Of a stretch of DNA of 64,000 nucleotides, positions 38,597-49,385 are shown one piece after another. The stretch is from Candidatus Multivoradales bacterium. Its GTDB lineage: Bacteria > Acidobacteriota > Thermoanaerobaculia > Multivoradales > JAHEKO01. The DNA lies in assembly GCA_965223855.1 (NCBI GenBank), contig CBDCXM010000008.1, positions 608,001 through 672,000 on the forward strand, read 5' to 3'. The notes under the pieces were generated by a model. That model was not told where the DNA came from. It did no database searches and saw only the letters and a program-made list of their open reading frames with translations. Positions within the stretch are counted from its first letter, which is position 1, and every line of letters begins with the position of its first letter. Made by a program: the position numbers and the translations under genes.

Positions 38597-38862
38597 GAAG
38601 CGAAGCGCCGCGCCGCGCGGGCGCGTGCTTTCGCCGCCTCCTCCTCGCGGTTCCTCGGCGCAGCCGTCGTGACCAGCGAGTCGAGCAGCTGGCTCGCCAC
38701 CGCCGTCACGTCCTCGACCGCACGGTGGAACGCCTCCTCATTGGCCTTCGACGGCTTCGTGAAACCGCTGATCTTGCGCACGAACTGAAGCGCGGACGCT
38801 TCGATCTCGTCGGCGGTCGCCGGTGGTTCGAAGTTGTAGAGCCTGCGGATGTTGCGGCACAT
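38593..38862 (-). CDS. DUF2277 family protein
   Basis: MCRNIRRLYNFEPPAT...ALQFVRKISG signature. Confidence 0.88.
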   Translation of the reverse strand: MCRNIRRLYNFEPPATADEIEASALQFVRKISGFTKPSKANEEAFHRAVEDVTAVASQLLDSLVTTAAPRNREEEAAKARARAARRFAS

Positions 38863-38909
38863 GGAGTCCTCCGGGGCGGAACGGGTGGGTGAACGGGCTC
38901 GACGGCGGC

Positions 38910-39293
38910 TCAGCCGTCGGTGCTCGGCACGCACTGCGCCGGCGGCCCGCCACCGCACACGCAGGTCAGACCGGGCGGGCAGTAGCACTGCGCCGGCACG
39001 AAGTCGCAACCAGGCTGGTCACACGACTCCCTCGTGCCGTCGCCCTGAACGAAGCCGACCTCGCAGTCGTTGGCAGGATCGACGCACGAGTAGTTGTCGC
39101 CCTCCAACTGCAGAGTGCAGTCGGGCGAGTCGAGACAAGCGAGCTCGGAGCGAGTCGCGCACGCCCCCTGGGGTGAGGCGGCCTGCTGACCGCCAGGCTC
39201 CGTGACGGGATCGCTGCTCGGGCTCGACGGCGAACCGGAGCAGGCGGGCAGAACGGCGAGCACCAGGGCCGTCAGGAAGAGCTGTCGCATCAT
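38910..39293 (-). CDS. Small Cys-rich lipoprotein
   Basis: LPAC lipobox; 12 further Cys, ending CYCPPGLTCVCGGGPPAQC. Confidence 0.7.
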   Translation of the reverse strand: MMRQLFLTALVLAVLPACSGSPSSPSSDPVTEPGGQQAASPQGACATRSELACLDSPDCTLQLEGDNYSCVDPANDCEVGFVQGDGTRESCDQPGCDFVPAQCYCPPGLTCVCGGGPPAQCVPSTDG

Positions 39294-39349
39294 GGGTACT
39301 ACTCTACCGCCGCCGGCCCGCATGACCGATCCGCTCCATCGGCACCGGC

Positions 39350-40075
39350 CTACCCCGAAGGCTCTCCTTCGGAATCGTCCGCGCTCGACAGGCGGTGGTA
39401 GACACGCTGGTACACGAACGGCAGCCGTGACTTCGGCACCCGGATCTCCGTCTTGACGAACAGCGTGAGCCCGCGGTTGCCCGGCTCGAAGATCTCGATG
39501 ATCTTGCCTCCGGGTGCCCCGGTCGTCTCGACCACCAGACGGTCGCTGCTGCGCCAGCTCGCTTCGACCTCGACCGGTATTTCTGTGCCGGCCAGAGCGA
39601 AGCTCGCCGGTTGGCGTTTGCCGTCCACCGTCCAGCGGCGCTCGACCTCGTTCCAGTCGGTCATGGCCACCGTGTCGCCCTCTACGTGGATGGCCAGCAC
39701 CTCGGCACCCTCATGGATGCTGAGAGCCTTCTGCCTGAGTTCCTCGTAGATCGCGCGCCGATCGCGCCGGTTGCCGCCACCGAAGCTCCAGGTGCGAACC
39801 GTGCGGCCGTTCTCACGACGAACCTCGGGCTGCTCGGGCTCTTCCCCGAAGGTGTCGCGTCGCGGCAGCATCGCCCGGGGATCCTCGCTCGCCCTCGTGT
39901 CGAGTTGCCAGACCCCTGCCAGCGTCGAGAGGCCGTCCTTGTCGGCCGGGGCCGGACCGGCCGACACCAGTGCCAGCGCCAAGGCCAGAAGGAGGGCCAG
40001 CACGGGGGCCGATACCCGGGCAGCGGCCCATGCCGGTGCCTCTCGGGCGACCCAGCGGGTCGTCGTCGTCCTCAT
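39350..40075 (-). CDS. Secreted hypothetical protein (lipocalin-like beta barrel?)
   Basis: Signal peptide; LAGVWQLD...SED motif and C-terminal RVY; coupled to the VWA gene. Confidence 0.6.
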   Translation of the reverse strand: MRTTTTRWVAREAPAWAAARVSAPVLALLLALALALVSAGPAPADKDGLSTLAGVWQLDTRASEDPRAMLPRRDTFGEEPEQPEVRRENGRTVRTWSFGGGNRRDRRAIYEELRQKALSIHEGAEVLAIHVEGDTVAMTDWNEVERRWTVDGKRQPASFALAGTEIPVEVEASWRSSDRLVVETTGAPGGKIIEIFEPGNRGLTLFVKTEIRVPKSRLPFVYQRVYHRLSSADDSEGEPSG

Positions 40076-43032
40076 GGATACCTCCCTCGCGCAGCCCGCA
40101 CCCGCAACCCGGGTTCGGAAACCTCGACGGCGATCTTTCGCCAGTCGCCCTCGGCGTCCTGCTCTCCGTAGTAGCCGAGCACGTACTGACTGCGCAGCTC
40201 TTCCGCGATCTCGGCATAGACGTCGCCGAGGTCCTCGCCGACGCGGGTGAAGTAGACCCGACCGCCGACGTCGTCCACGAGCTCCTGCAGCCGTCGCAGG
40301 AAACCTCTCACGTTGAGCCCCCGGCCTTCGGTGCGGACGATCTCGTTGTTCGACAGGATGACGTAGATCGGAACCCCGACTACGCGCGCGAAGCGCCGCG
40401 CGACGCGGTAGGAGAAGTCCGGATCCTCGTCGGCGCCGTCGCTGTAGACCACCAGCGCCTTCTTGCCCGGCGTTCCCTGGAGCTGCACCAGCGAGTAGAC
40501 GATCCCCTTCCAGATCGAGGTGAAGCCCTCAGGGCGCATCGCCTCGACCCCGCGCAGCAACTTCGGGACGTCTCCGGTGGTCGCCGCCAGCAGGTCGGGC
40601 TCTCTACCAAAGCCGACGACGAAACCGCGGTCGCGCTCGCTCAGCAACTGCTCGAGAAAGTCCATCGCCGCGAGCTGCACCGTCGGCAGCTTGACGAACA
40701 TCGACGCCGAGGTATCGACCGACAGGCCGACCGTCAAAGGGATCGAACCGGCGCTGGTGAAGACGGCGATCGGCTGCTCCTCGCCGTCCTCCCGAACCTC
40801 GAACGCCTCCTTCGGCAGGTCGGCGACCGGCCGGCCGTCGGCACCGGTGACGACGGCCAACACCTCCACCAGTGTGACCTGAAGGCGCTCTCCGGTGGCG
40901 GCGCTGTTGACGAACAGGACGTCCTCCGCCGACGAGCCGTCGACGAGGGTGACGATCGCGCGCACGAAGCCCCGCGCCCCCGGCTCGAGCGGCACCCGCT
41001 GGCGGAACGGCGGCGCGAACAGGGTGCCGATCGGGCGGTCGACCCACAGGAACTCGACGCGCGCGATCCGTGCGGCCAGCGGCCGGTCGATGGTCGCCTC
41101 CACCCACAGCTCTCCCTGAGCGCGCACACCACCGTTAGGGGACTTCGTCGCTTCCGGTGCGTTGAGCGCGATCGCCAGCTCCCGGTTGCCGGAGTTGATC
41201 CGCAGCGCATCGCGCCCGATCTCGGTCCCTTCGGCGTCGCGAGCCACCACTTCGACCCGGCGCGCCCGCGGCAGCTCGCCCAGATCGAGCGATGCCTCGT
41301 AGGGTGCCGCGCGGCGCACCGCTTCGCGGCGACCGTCGAGCAGGAACTCGACCTCGGCGGTCCGTGGATCGGCGACGGCGACCGCGAACGGTGTGCGGCC
41401 GACGAGCAAGGCGTCCTGCGGCGCCAGCAGACGCACCGGAGCGGCCGACGGAAGATCGACCAGCATCGACCCGTCGGCGGCGCGGTGGGACTCGACCGCG
41501 GAAGTGAAACCGGCGAAGGTGCCGCCCCATCGATCGGTCGCCAGTTCGTCGAGCACCACCAATACAGGCGTGGTCGCCGGATCGATCCCCGCCTCGGCGG
41601 GCAGATCGAGTGTAATCCTGCCGGAGCCCAGGTCGGCCGCCTCGACCGTCCGCTGATCGACGATCTCCGTCCCCCCATCGCGCGCCACGGCGACGGTCAG
41701 CCGGACCGGCGCGCTGACCGGAGTCCCGCCGCCGGCGCTCGCGAGCTCGATCGCCAGCTGCGGCGGGGTACCCGCAGCGACCAACGCGGCCACCTGAAGC
41801 TCACCGTCGAGCGTCTCGCCCGAAGCGGCAAGGTAGCGCGCACGTGCGGCACCGAGCGCCGCCGGTGCACCGGCACCGATCCACGCCGGCGCCGCCACCG
41901 CACGCTCGAGCCCCTGCGCCCGCACCTCGATCGGCAACGCCTCTCCCAGCTCGGGCAGGCGAACCGCGAGGACGCTCCTCCACTCGAGCTCGGTGAGCCT
42001 GCGGTCGAGAATCAGCGGATCTCGTACCACCGAGCCGCCGGTCGCCTCGGCGAGCGGCGCCAGACCGCTCGTCGGGTCGAGTTGCCATGCGGTCTCGTCC
42101 GGCTCGGCTTCCTCATCGTCGGCGCCTCGCCGCAACAGGCCCAGGACATCGGTCCCGATCACTGTCCTGGGCACCTCACGCCCATCGGGGGTCGTCACCG
42201 TCTCGGGCGGCTTCTGCGGCAACGAGCCGGCCAGGAGCGCGTCGGAGCCGGCCGCGGGTGCGAACGGCAGGACCGTCCACCCGGTCATCGCAAGCGCCTG
42301 ACCGACCTCCGCCAGCGTCGGCTCGACGACGAACTCGGGCACCGTCACCGAGGTGCGGCCCGCCCGTTCGAGCGCTACACGGTAGAACTCCCCCGCCGCG
42401 GCATCGTGACCCGAACCGGCCAGCAACAGCAGGCGGGGCCCCGCCCGCCGCTCGGCGGTCGCCCACAGCAGCAGCCCTTCGCGCTGCACTCGCAGCACCT
42501 CGCGCTCGATCCGCAGACTCTCCTCGAGTGCCGCCGCGATCTCGGCCTCGGAGAGCCGCGAGTCGAGCTGCTCGACGAATTCCCGGCGTACCGCCGTCTG
42601 CGCGTCGGCGCTCGACTCGCGCAGTCGCAGCCATGACAGCGCCTCGGCCAGCACCGCCGGCTCGGTCGTCGGCGGTAGAGACGCCCGTACCGACTCACCG
42701 CCCAGCAGAACCTCCACCGGCCCGAGCGCGATCAGCTCTTCGGCGCGTTCACTGAGCAGGATCGCCGCGTTGGCGAGCGCCAGCGGGTCGGACAGCAGCT
42801 GGTCGAAGTAGAGAACGACCTGCCAGTCGGCGGGCGGCAGAGCGCGGAAGTCGAGCTTCTCGCCGCCCGCCACGACCTCGACATCGTCGAGTTGATCCGC
42901 AGGCACGGCTACCGTGATCGGCAGCTCGTCGGCCGGCTGACCGCCGACGACGGACGCCAGAGCGACGACCCCGCACAGAATCCAACCCGCGACTCTCATC
43001 GCTCTACCAACGGCCTTTCCCTCCTGCTTCAT
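40072..43032 (-). CDS. Large secreted protein with Ig-like domains and C-terminal VWA
   Basis: Signal peptide; DTSASM MIDAS, YSDG and ELRSQYVLGYY motifs; start uncertain (43032 or about 42999). Confidence 0.82.
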   Translation of the reverse strand: MKQEGKAVGRAMRVAGWILCGVVALASVVGGQPADELPITVAVPADQLDDVEVVAGGEKLDFRALPPADWQVVLYFDQLLSDPLALANAAILLSERAEELIALGPVEVLLGGESVRASLPPTTEPAVLAEALSWLRLRESSADAQTAVRREFVEQLDSRLSEAEIAAALEESLRIEREVLRVQREGLLLWATAERRAGPRLLLLAGSGHDAAAGEFYRVALERAGRTSVTVPEFVVEPTLAEVGQALAMTGWTVLPFAPAAGSDALLAGSLPQKPPETVTTPDGREVPRTVIGTDVLGLLRRGADDEEAEPDETAWQLDPTSGLAPLAEATGGSVVRDPLILDRRLTELEWRSVLAVRLPELGEALPIEVRAQGLERAVAAPAWIGAGAPAALGAARARYLAASGETLDGELQVAALVAAGTPPQLAIELASAGGGTPVSAPVRLTVAVARDGGTEIVDQRTVEAADLGSGRITLDLPAEAGIDPATTPVLVVLDELATDRWGGTFAGFTSAVESHRAADGSMLVDLPSAAPVRLLAPQDALLVGRTPFAVAVADPRTAEVEFLLDGRREAVRRAAPYEASLDLGELPRARRVEVVARDAEGTEIGRDALRINSGNRELAIALNAPEATKSPNGGVRAQGELWVEATIDRPLAARIARVEFLWVDRPIGTLFAPPFRQRVPLEPGARGFVRAIVTLVDGSSAEDVLFVNSAATGERLQVTLVEVLAVVTGADGRPVADLPKEAFEVREDGEEQPIAVFTSAGSIPLTVGLSVDTSASMFVKLPTVQLAAMDFLEQLLSERDRGFVVGFGREPDLLAATTGDVPKLLRGVEAMRPEGFTSIWKGIVYSLVQLQGTPGKKALVVYSDGADEDPDFSYRVARRFARVVGVPIYVILSNNEIVRTEGRGLNVRGFLRRLQELVDDVGGRVYFTRVGEDLGDVYAEIAEELRSQYVLGYYGEQDAEGDWRKIAVEVSEPGLRVRAARGRYP

Positions 43033-43182
43033 TCCCCGGCTTCCGTCTCGCCGCCGGGATCTCCCACCGGCGGCACGCTCCGAGCGTACACGGCCGGCCC
43101 GGCTCCGGAGGCTCCCCTTGCCGGGTGGCAACCCCGGGTCGATTCGCACCGCCCCGCCGAGGATCGCCGAAGGCCGCGGACG

Positions 43183-46100
43183 CTACGGCACGACGTTCGA
43201 CCAGTTCATCAGGTCGCCGCTCTCGAAGCCGTCCATGAAGATCAGCTTCCCCGGCGAGAGATCGAGCGACAGGTCGTCCACGAACACCTCGAAGGTCGCG
43301 CCCGAAGGCTGGCTGAGCGAAACCTCGCAGAGCGCCGACCGCGCACCGCTCGGCACGTCCTCCGTCTTCGAGAAGGCGAACCAGACACCCGGGGTGCTGA
43401 GCTGATCGGTCACCGACTGGCCCGGCGTCGGAGTCCCGGAGCAATCGAGAGAGGTGTAGTAGTCGCACGTCCTCGTCAGCTCCACGGTCGTCCCGGTCGT
43501 GTCGAGCAGGGCGGAACCCCGGTAGGAAACCACCGAACCGCGCACTACGGAGGCGCACTGGCCGAGAGCCAGGGGCGCCGTACCTCCACCGCCGGTGAAC
43601 CGCGCCGAACCGGAGATCGACGCACCGTCGACGTCTACCGCCGGGTCGTGGTCAATGGAGGTGATTCCCTCGGTCACGGCCGTCCAGCCTTCGAGGTCGC
43701 AGTCGAAGTGGCCGTTGACGAAGCGGTCCGGCTCATCGACCCTGAAGTAGAGAGCGAAGTCGTCGCCTCCGGCGCCGTCACCGTCGCCGTCGAGTGCGTT
43801 GAGCGAGGTGTCGGCAAGGCCGCCACTGCAGGCGAGGAACAGGTGCGGCGCATTCTCGAGCGTCTCCTCGAGCAGCACGGCAGCGGTCAGAGTTCCACCG
43901 TCGTAGGTCACCTCGACGAGCGCCTGATCCACGTCGTCACCGCCCACTCCCGAGCAGTCCACGGTCGACAGGTCGAGATCCTTGCCGGCCGCCACCACCT
44001 GCCAGTTGGCAGGATTGGTCACCGAGTTGGGATCGGCGGTGCCCGACTCGAACATCGGCTCGTCGAAGGTGGCGAGCAGGGCGTCGATCGTGGTGTATGC
44101 CGTTTCGCAGAACTCGAGCTCACCGTCGCCGGTGCCGTTGATCGTGTCGACCAGGACGATCTGAGGCGGCGTCGCATCGAACACGTCGAGGGTATCGCTC
44201 GCCGTCCCGCTGTTGCCGGACGAAGAGGTGAGATCACCGGTCGTGTTCAAGTAGGTGCCGACGACGCTGCTGGTCACGTCGACCACCAGCGTGCACGAAG
44301 ACGCGGCGCCGACCGTCCCGCCGCTGTAGTCGATGACTCCCGTTCCGGCCGCGGCCGTCAGCGTGCCGCCGGTACAGCTGTTGGTGGCATTGGGCGGCGT
44401 CGCGACCACGACTCCCGCCGGCAGGTTGTCGACGAACGCCAGATCCGTGGCGTCGATCGCGCTGGCGCTGTTGTCGATCGTGAAGGTCAGTGCCGACACC
44501 TCGTCGGTCCCGATCGCGTTCGGTACGAACTCCTTGGCGAAGGTCGGCGGAGGTTCGATGGTGAGATCCGCGGTAGCGGGGTCGGCCACCTCGAGGCCAC
44601 CCTGCGTCAGATTGGTGGTGACGTTGGGATAGGTCCCCGGTGCGACGCCGGCCGGCACCTGGACTTCGACGTCGAACGAACAGGTGCCACCCATCGGCGG
44701 TAGCTCGCCACCCGAGAAGAGAAGCAGCGAGGTACCGGTGAGGGTCGATGCGGCACCGCAGGGCAGCACCGGAAGGCTGGTGGCCACGAGTCCCGGAATC
44801 ACGGCACTCAGGTCGTCCTGAAAGGCCAGACCGGTCGCCGCATCGTCGCCCGGGTTGGTGAGCGTGAAGGTCAGGACGGCGGTGCCGGTTGCGGCGGTCG
44901 GTCCGTCGAAGGACTTGGAGAAGGTCAGCAGCGCGAGGACCGCCAGGGTGTCGCTGCCGGGATCGCCGGTGACGCCGAAGCCGCCGATCGTGCCGGTGAC
45001 GGCACTCGTGACGTTCGGATACTCACCGGCGTCGGCGCCCGCCGGAACGTCGAGCGAGACCCGGATCGTGCAGGATCCTCCGGCCGCCAGGGCGGCTCCG
45101 GTAGCCGTGATCAGTCCCGTGCCGGTACCGCTTACCGAGGCTCCGCAGTCGTTGAAGTCGAGGCTCGAGAAGGTCAGTCCGGGCAACGTCGCCGCGAGAT
45201 CGTCCGTGAAGGCGATCGCAGAGGCGGCGTTCGACGGGTCGAGGTTGGTGAGCACGAACTCGAGCGTCACCGAGTCCCCCGGTGCGACCGGGTCGTCCGT
45301 GAACGCCTTGCTCAACTGCAGCAGGTTCGAGTCGATCGTCAGGACGTCGGTGGCGGCGTCGATGATCACCGTCCCGCCACTCTGAGTGGCAGTGAGAAGG
45401 CTGGTCGTATTGGCGTAGTCACCGTCGGCGGCTCCGACCGGGACGAGGATCGGGTACTCGATCGTGCACGTCTGACCGGCCGCGAGACTGCCGTTGGTGT
45501 AGAAGATCGTCGTGGAAGTGCCGGCTTCGGTGCCATTGCAGGTGTTGACCGTCGGCGCTGAGGTGGTCAGGTCCGGAGTTCCCGGGAGCACGTCGCTCAG
45601 TGCGTCGGAAAAACCGATCGCCGTCGCGGCGTCGGTCGGGTGCACGTTCTCGATCGTGAAGCGCAGCGTGACGGTCTGACCCGGCAGAACCGGGTTGTCG
45701 AGAAACTCCTTGGCGAACGTCAACCCGGCTACAGCCAGGTCTGCGGTCGCCGGCGCCGAGGTAGCCGCAACGCCATCGACGTCGGCACTCACTCCGCTGG
45801 TCGTGTTGGTGTAGCCACCCGGTGCCGCGCCGGCCGGCACGTCCAGGGTGACACTGAAGGCGCAGCTCGCCCCTGGCGCCAGGGTGCCGCCGGCGAAGGT
45901 CAGGAGCGTGTCGCCGGCGCTGCCGGTCAGGGTGGAGCCGGCACCGCAAGGCGGATCGGGAGTTCCGGGCAGATTCGCGGTCAGCCCTGCAAGGAAGGTC
46001 AGGTCGTCGGTGAAGGCGATGTTCGTGGCGTCGGTCGTCGCGTCCTCGGGATGGGTGAGCGTGAACTCCAGGGTCACGGTACCTCCCGGCGGAACCGGAT

Positions 46101-47847
46101 CGTCGGTGAACGCCTTGGTCAGATCGGGTGCCGCCACAACCACCAGGTCGTCGCTGGCCGGGGACCCGGCAGTCGAGGCGCCGTCGACGGTCGCCGTCAC
46201 CGCGCTGGTGGTGTTCGGGTAGACCCCGGACGCCGCGTTCGCCACCACGTCGAGCGTGATCGAGAAGGTACAGGAGTCACCGGCAGATCCGGCAGGGGCG
46301 AGCGAGCCGCCCGCCAGGGTGAACTGCGCCGGTATGCTGCTACTCGGCGGGGGTGGGTTGATGAGCGGCGTGAAGGTGCAGGTGGAGCCGTCGCCGCAGC
46401 AGTCGTCTCCCGGAGTGACGGACGCCGTGGGGAGGATGACGTCGAAAATGTCCTCGAAGGCGACGTCCGTAGCAGCGGAGGTCGCACTCGTGTTCGTGAT
46501 CGTGAACTCGAGTTCCGTCGTGTCGCCCGGCTGAACCGGGTCGTCGAGGAAGGTCTTCGTGATCACCGGGGTCGCCTGGACGAAGAGCAGGTCGCTCGCC
46601 GCATTGCCCACCACACCCTCGCCACCGATCGTCGCCGTGATCGTGCTGCTGGTGTTGAGATAGCTTCCCGGGGTAGCGGTCGGCGGGACGACGACTTCGA
46701 CCTCTACCGTGCAGGAGGCCTCCGGCGACAGCGTCGCGCCCGACAGCGACAGCACCGCCGTTCCTGCGCCAGAAACCGGAGTGCTGCAATTCTCCGACAG
46801 CACTGTCCCGAAAACGGCCCCCGGCAACGGCGGCGCGAGGGTCGTCAGGTCGTCCGAGAAGGCGATGCCGGTCGCCGTCGCAAGGCGATCGAAGTTCGTC
46901 ACCGTGAACTCCAGGGCAGCGGTGCTGCCGGGCGCCGCCGGGTCGTCGGTGAACTCCTTCTGAAGGGCGATCTGCGAGACGGAGACGTCGAGGGTGTCGC
47001 TCGCCTTGCCGGCCGAGATCTGGCCGGTGCCTCCCGGGCTGACCAGAAGCTCCGAGGTGACGTTGTCCAGCTCACCGCCGGCGGTGGCGACGACATCGAC
47101 GACGGCCGTACAGGTGGTGCCGGCAGCGACCGGTCCGGTGCCCGACAACGCCACCGACGTGGCGCCAGGCGCAGCCGTCAGGACACTGGCCGCGCAATCG
47201 GTCGAAGCCGCTGCCGGATCCGCGACGACGAGGCCTGCCGGGAAGACGTCGGTGAAGCTGGGGAAGAACAGGCTGCTGGAGCCCGCCGAGTTGTCAATCG
47301 TGAACGTCAGTGTGCTGCGGGCCCCAAGCGGCACGGCCGCGGGCGCGAAGCTCTTCGAGAAGCCGGGGCGGTTGGTATCGACGGTCAGGTCCACCGGCAG
47401 GCTCATGGTCGATCCCACCGAGGAAGTAAGAGTCACCGCGGGGTTGGTGTGAGCCCCCGGGGTGCTCGCAGTGACGTCGACGGTGACCGTACAGGAGGCG
47501 CCCGCTCCGACCTCCGCATCGCTGAGAGCGATGGTCGAGCCACCGTCGGGAGCCGTCAGGGAGCCACCGGTGTCGAGAGTGCAGTCGGTCGATGCGTTGG
47601 CAGGATCGGCGATCGTGATCGCCACCGGAAGGACATCGACAAAGGCCATGTCGACGACGGGCGCACCGGTGAAGTTCTGGATCGTGAAGGTCGCCGTGCT
47701 GACGCTGCCGGGACCGATCGTGCTGGGCCCGAAGACCTTCGAGAAGGCGACCACTTCGCCGGCCGTCGCGGCGGAGGGCAGGAGCGCAGCCGGCAGGAGC
47801 GCCAGCGACAGAAAGAAGAGCTTCTTGCGGCGGGACTCAGTCGTCAT
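43183..47847 (-). CDS. Large secreted repeat protein (9 DUF11-like Ig repeats) with C-terminal IFMDGFESGD tail
   Basis: Signal peptide; nine approximately 130-aa repeats KxFxxxPxxPG...FTxxN...FxDxL...C...SCT...YxNxT. Confidence 0.88.
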   Translation of the reverse strand: MTTESRRKKLFFLSLALLPAALLPSAATAGEVVAFSKVFGPSTIGPGSVSTATFTIQNFTGAPVVDMAFVDVLPVAITIADPANASTDCTLDTGGSLTAPDGGSTIALSDAEVGAGASCTVTVDVTASTPGAHTNPAVTLTSSVGSTMSLPVDLTVDTNRPGFSKSFAPAAVPLGARSTLTFTIDNSAGSSSLFFPSFTDVFPAGLVVADPAAASTDCAASVLTAAPGATSVALSGTGPVAAGTTCTAVVDVVATAGGELDNVTSELLVSPGGTGQISAGKASDTLDVSVSQIALQKEFTDDPAAPGSTAALEFTVTNFDRLATATGIAFSDDLTTLAPPLPGAVFGTVLSENCSTPVSGAGTAVLSLSGATLSPEASCTVEVEVVVPPTATPGSYLNTSSTITATIGGEGVVGNAASDLLFVQATPVITKTFLDDPVQPGDTTELEFTITNTSATSAATDVAFEDIFDVILPTASVTPGDDCCGDGSTCTFTPLINPPPPSSSIPAQFTLAGGSLAPAGSAGDSCTFSITLDVVANAASGVYPNTTSAVTATVDGASTAGSPASDDLVVVAAPDLTKAFTDDPVPPGGTVTLEFTLTHPEDATTDATNIAFTDDLTFLAGLTANLPGTPDPPCGAGSTLTGSAGDTLLTFAGGTLAPGASCAFSVTLDVPAGAAPGGYTNTTSGVSADVDGVAATSAPATADLAVAGLTFAKEFLDNPVLPGQTVTLRFTIENVHPTDAATAIGFSDALSDVLPGTPDLTTSAPTVNTCNGTEAGTSTTIFYTNGSLAAGQTCTIEYPILVPVGAADGDYANTTSLLTATQSGGTVIIDAATDVLTIDSNLLQLSKAFTDDPVAPGDSVTLEFVLTNLDPSNAASAIAFTDDLAATLPGLTFSSLDFNDCGASVSGTGTGLITATGAALAAGGSCTIRVSLDVPAGADAGEYPNVTSAVTGTIGGFGVTGDPGSDTLAVLALLTFSKSFDGPTAATGTAVLTFTLTNPGDDAATGLAFQDDLSAVIPGLVATSLPVLPCGAASTLTGTSLLLFSGGELPPMGGTCSFDVEVQVPAGVAPGTYPNVTTNLTQGGLEVADPATADLTIEPPPTFAKEFVPNAIGTDEVSALTFTIDNSASAIDATDLAFVDNLPAGVVVATPPNATNSCTGGTLTAAAGTGVIDYSGGTVGAASSCTLVVDVTSSVVGTYLNTTGDLTSSSGNSGTASDTLDVFDATPPQIVLVDTINGTGDGELEFCETAYTTIDALLATFDEPMFESGTADPNSVTNPANWQVVAAGKDLDLSTVDCSGVGGDDVDQALVEVTYDGGTLTAAVLLEETLENAPHLFLACSGGLADTSLNALDGDGDGAGGDDFALYFRVDEPDRFVNGHFDCDLEGWTAVTEGITSIDHDPAVDVDGASISGSARFTGGGGTAPLALGQCASVVRGSVVSYRGSALLDTTGTTVELTRTCDYYTSLDCSGTPTPGQSVTDQLSTPGVWFAFSKTEDVPSGARSALCEVSLSQPSGATFEVFVDDLSLDLSPGKLIFMDGFESGDLMNWSNVVP

Positions 47848-47939
47848 CGCGGGTCTCCCAGGCGGGTGCGCCAGAGGCTGAAAAACATCCGGTTTTTGCC
47901 AACATACCATTGGCTTCGAAGAGCGCACGCGCCGAAGTC

Positions 47940-49385
47940 CTAGGGCCGGCAGGGTTCGTCGGTGCGAATCGCGGCTCTACGGTCGCGCAGCGCCGCGAGT
48001 GAGGCCTCCTCGGCCGACCCGCCCGCCCGGTCGAGAAGATCGTCCAGCCAGGCGGCCGCGTCGGCGCAGCGATCCGCTTCGCGCAGCGCATCGCTGACGA
48101 GAACGCCGTGCTCCACGGTCGGGAGCGCGGTAAAGGCACGCCCCGCCAACTCCACGGCCCTCGATCCGTCGCGGTGGTCGAGGGAGGGGACGAGCGCCAG
48201 GAATCTCGCATGAGCCGCCGTCACCCGTACCGACTGCGGCACGAGGGCCGATGCCTCCTCGAGACGCTCCAGCGCGCCGTCGTAATCACCCAGCGCCAGG
48301 CGGGTATCGACCCACGCCAGCCACGCCTCTTCGTCGTCGGGACGCTCCTCGAGGAATCTCTCGAAATGCCCGCTGGCTTCCTCCGCCTCCCCCTGTCCCA
48401 TGAGAAGGCTCGCCAGATTGAAGCGGGCCGTGAGGTTGTCCGGTTCCAGCCGTAGCGCTTCCTCCAGCTGAGCGGCTGCGCCGCGGGGGTCGCCGACAGC
48501 AGAAAGGGCCGCCCCCAGGTTGACCCTGGCACGTACACTCGCGGGATCGGCGACGACCGCCTCGAGGAACAGGTCGGCGGCCTCCTCGAAGCTGCCGGCG
48601 GCGAAAGCGCGCCGCCCCTCGAGCAGCGCGACGCGCTCTCCCACCCGAAGACCCGCCAGAGCGTCGATCCGCGGATCGGGCGGGGCGAGACCGACCGCAC
48701 CGCGCAACGCGAGATGCCGGCGGGCGGCTTCGAGGTCTCCAAGCGCCCGGTACGCGAGTCCGAGCGGGTGGTGCAGGCGGGTGGCCGCCGGCACGGCCTC
48801 GAGCGCGGACGAGAGCCGCTCGACAGCCGTCCGATAATCGCCCTGCGCCAGTGCGAGCTCTCCGGCTCGCGCCTCGAGCACCGGGTCGTTGCCGGCCTCC
48901 GTCGCCTGGTCGAGGAACGCCAGCGCCTCGTCGTAGCGCCCGAGTTCACGCGCTGCGTCCGAGGCCCTGACGAGGGCGGCCAGGTTGTCGGGCTCGAGCT
49001 CGAGTACCGGCCGCAGCTGCCCCAGGGCCGTCTCGATCTCTCCGGCCGACTCTGCGACGACCGCGCGGTAGTACGGCCAGGCCGCGTCCTCGGGTGCGAG
49101 TCGCTCGGCCTGTTCGTAGCAGGTCGCGGCCTCCGCCAGCAGGTCGTAGGCGTGGTACGCCATCCCGAGCTCGCCCCACGCCTCGGCGCGGGCGCTGGGC
49201 TCGAGGGCGGCTTCGTCGATCCGCTCACCGGCCAGCTCTCCCAGCCTCGCCAGCTGCTCGGCCACCGCCGGCTCCAGCCTCGACAGGTCGGGAGCCGGAG
49301 TCTCCGGCGCGACCTCGGCCGCCACGACCGGTATCGCCAGCGCCAGCAGCACCGGGGCGAGAGTCGGCGGTCTCACCGCGGCCAC
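47940..49385 (-). CDS. Secreted TPR protein
   Basis: Signal peptide; multiple TPRs; coupled to the CRTAC1-like gene. Confidence 0.85.
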   Translation of the reverse strand: MAAVRPPTLAPVLLALAIPVVAAEVAPETPAPDLSRLEPAVAEQLARLGELAGERIDEAALEPSARAEAWGELGMAYHAYDLLAEAATCYEQAERLAPEDAAWPYYRAVVAESAGEIETALGQLRPVLELEPDNLAALVRASDAARELGRYDEALAFLDQATEAGNDPVLEARAGELALAQGDYRTAVERLSSALEAVPAATRLHHPLGLAYRALGDLEAARRHLALRGAVGLAPPDPRIDALAGLRVGERVALLEGRRAFAAGSFEEAADLFLEAVVADPASVRARVNLGAALSAVGDPRGAAAQLEEALRLEPDNLTARFNLASLLMGQGEAEEASGHFERFLEERPDDEEAWLAWVDTRLALGDYDGALERLEEASALVPQSVRVTAAHARFLALVPSLDHRDGSRAVELAGRAFTALPTVEHGVLVSDALREADRCADAAAWLDDLLDRAGGSAEEASLAALRDRRAAIRTDEPCRP

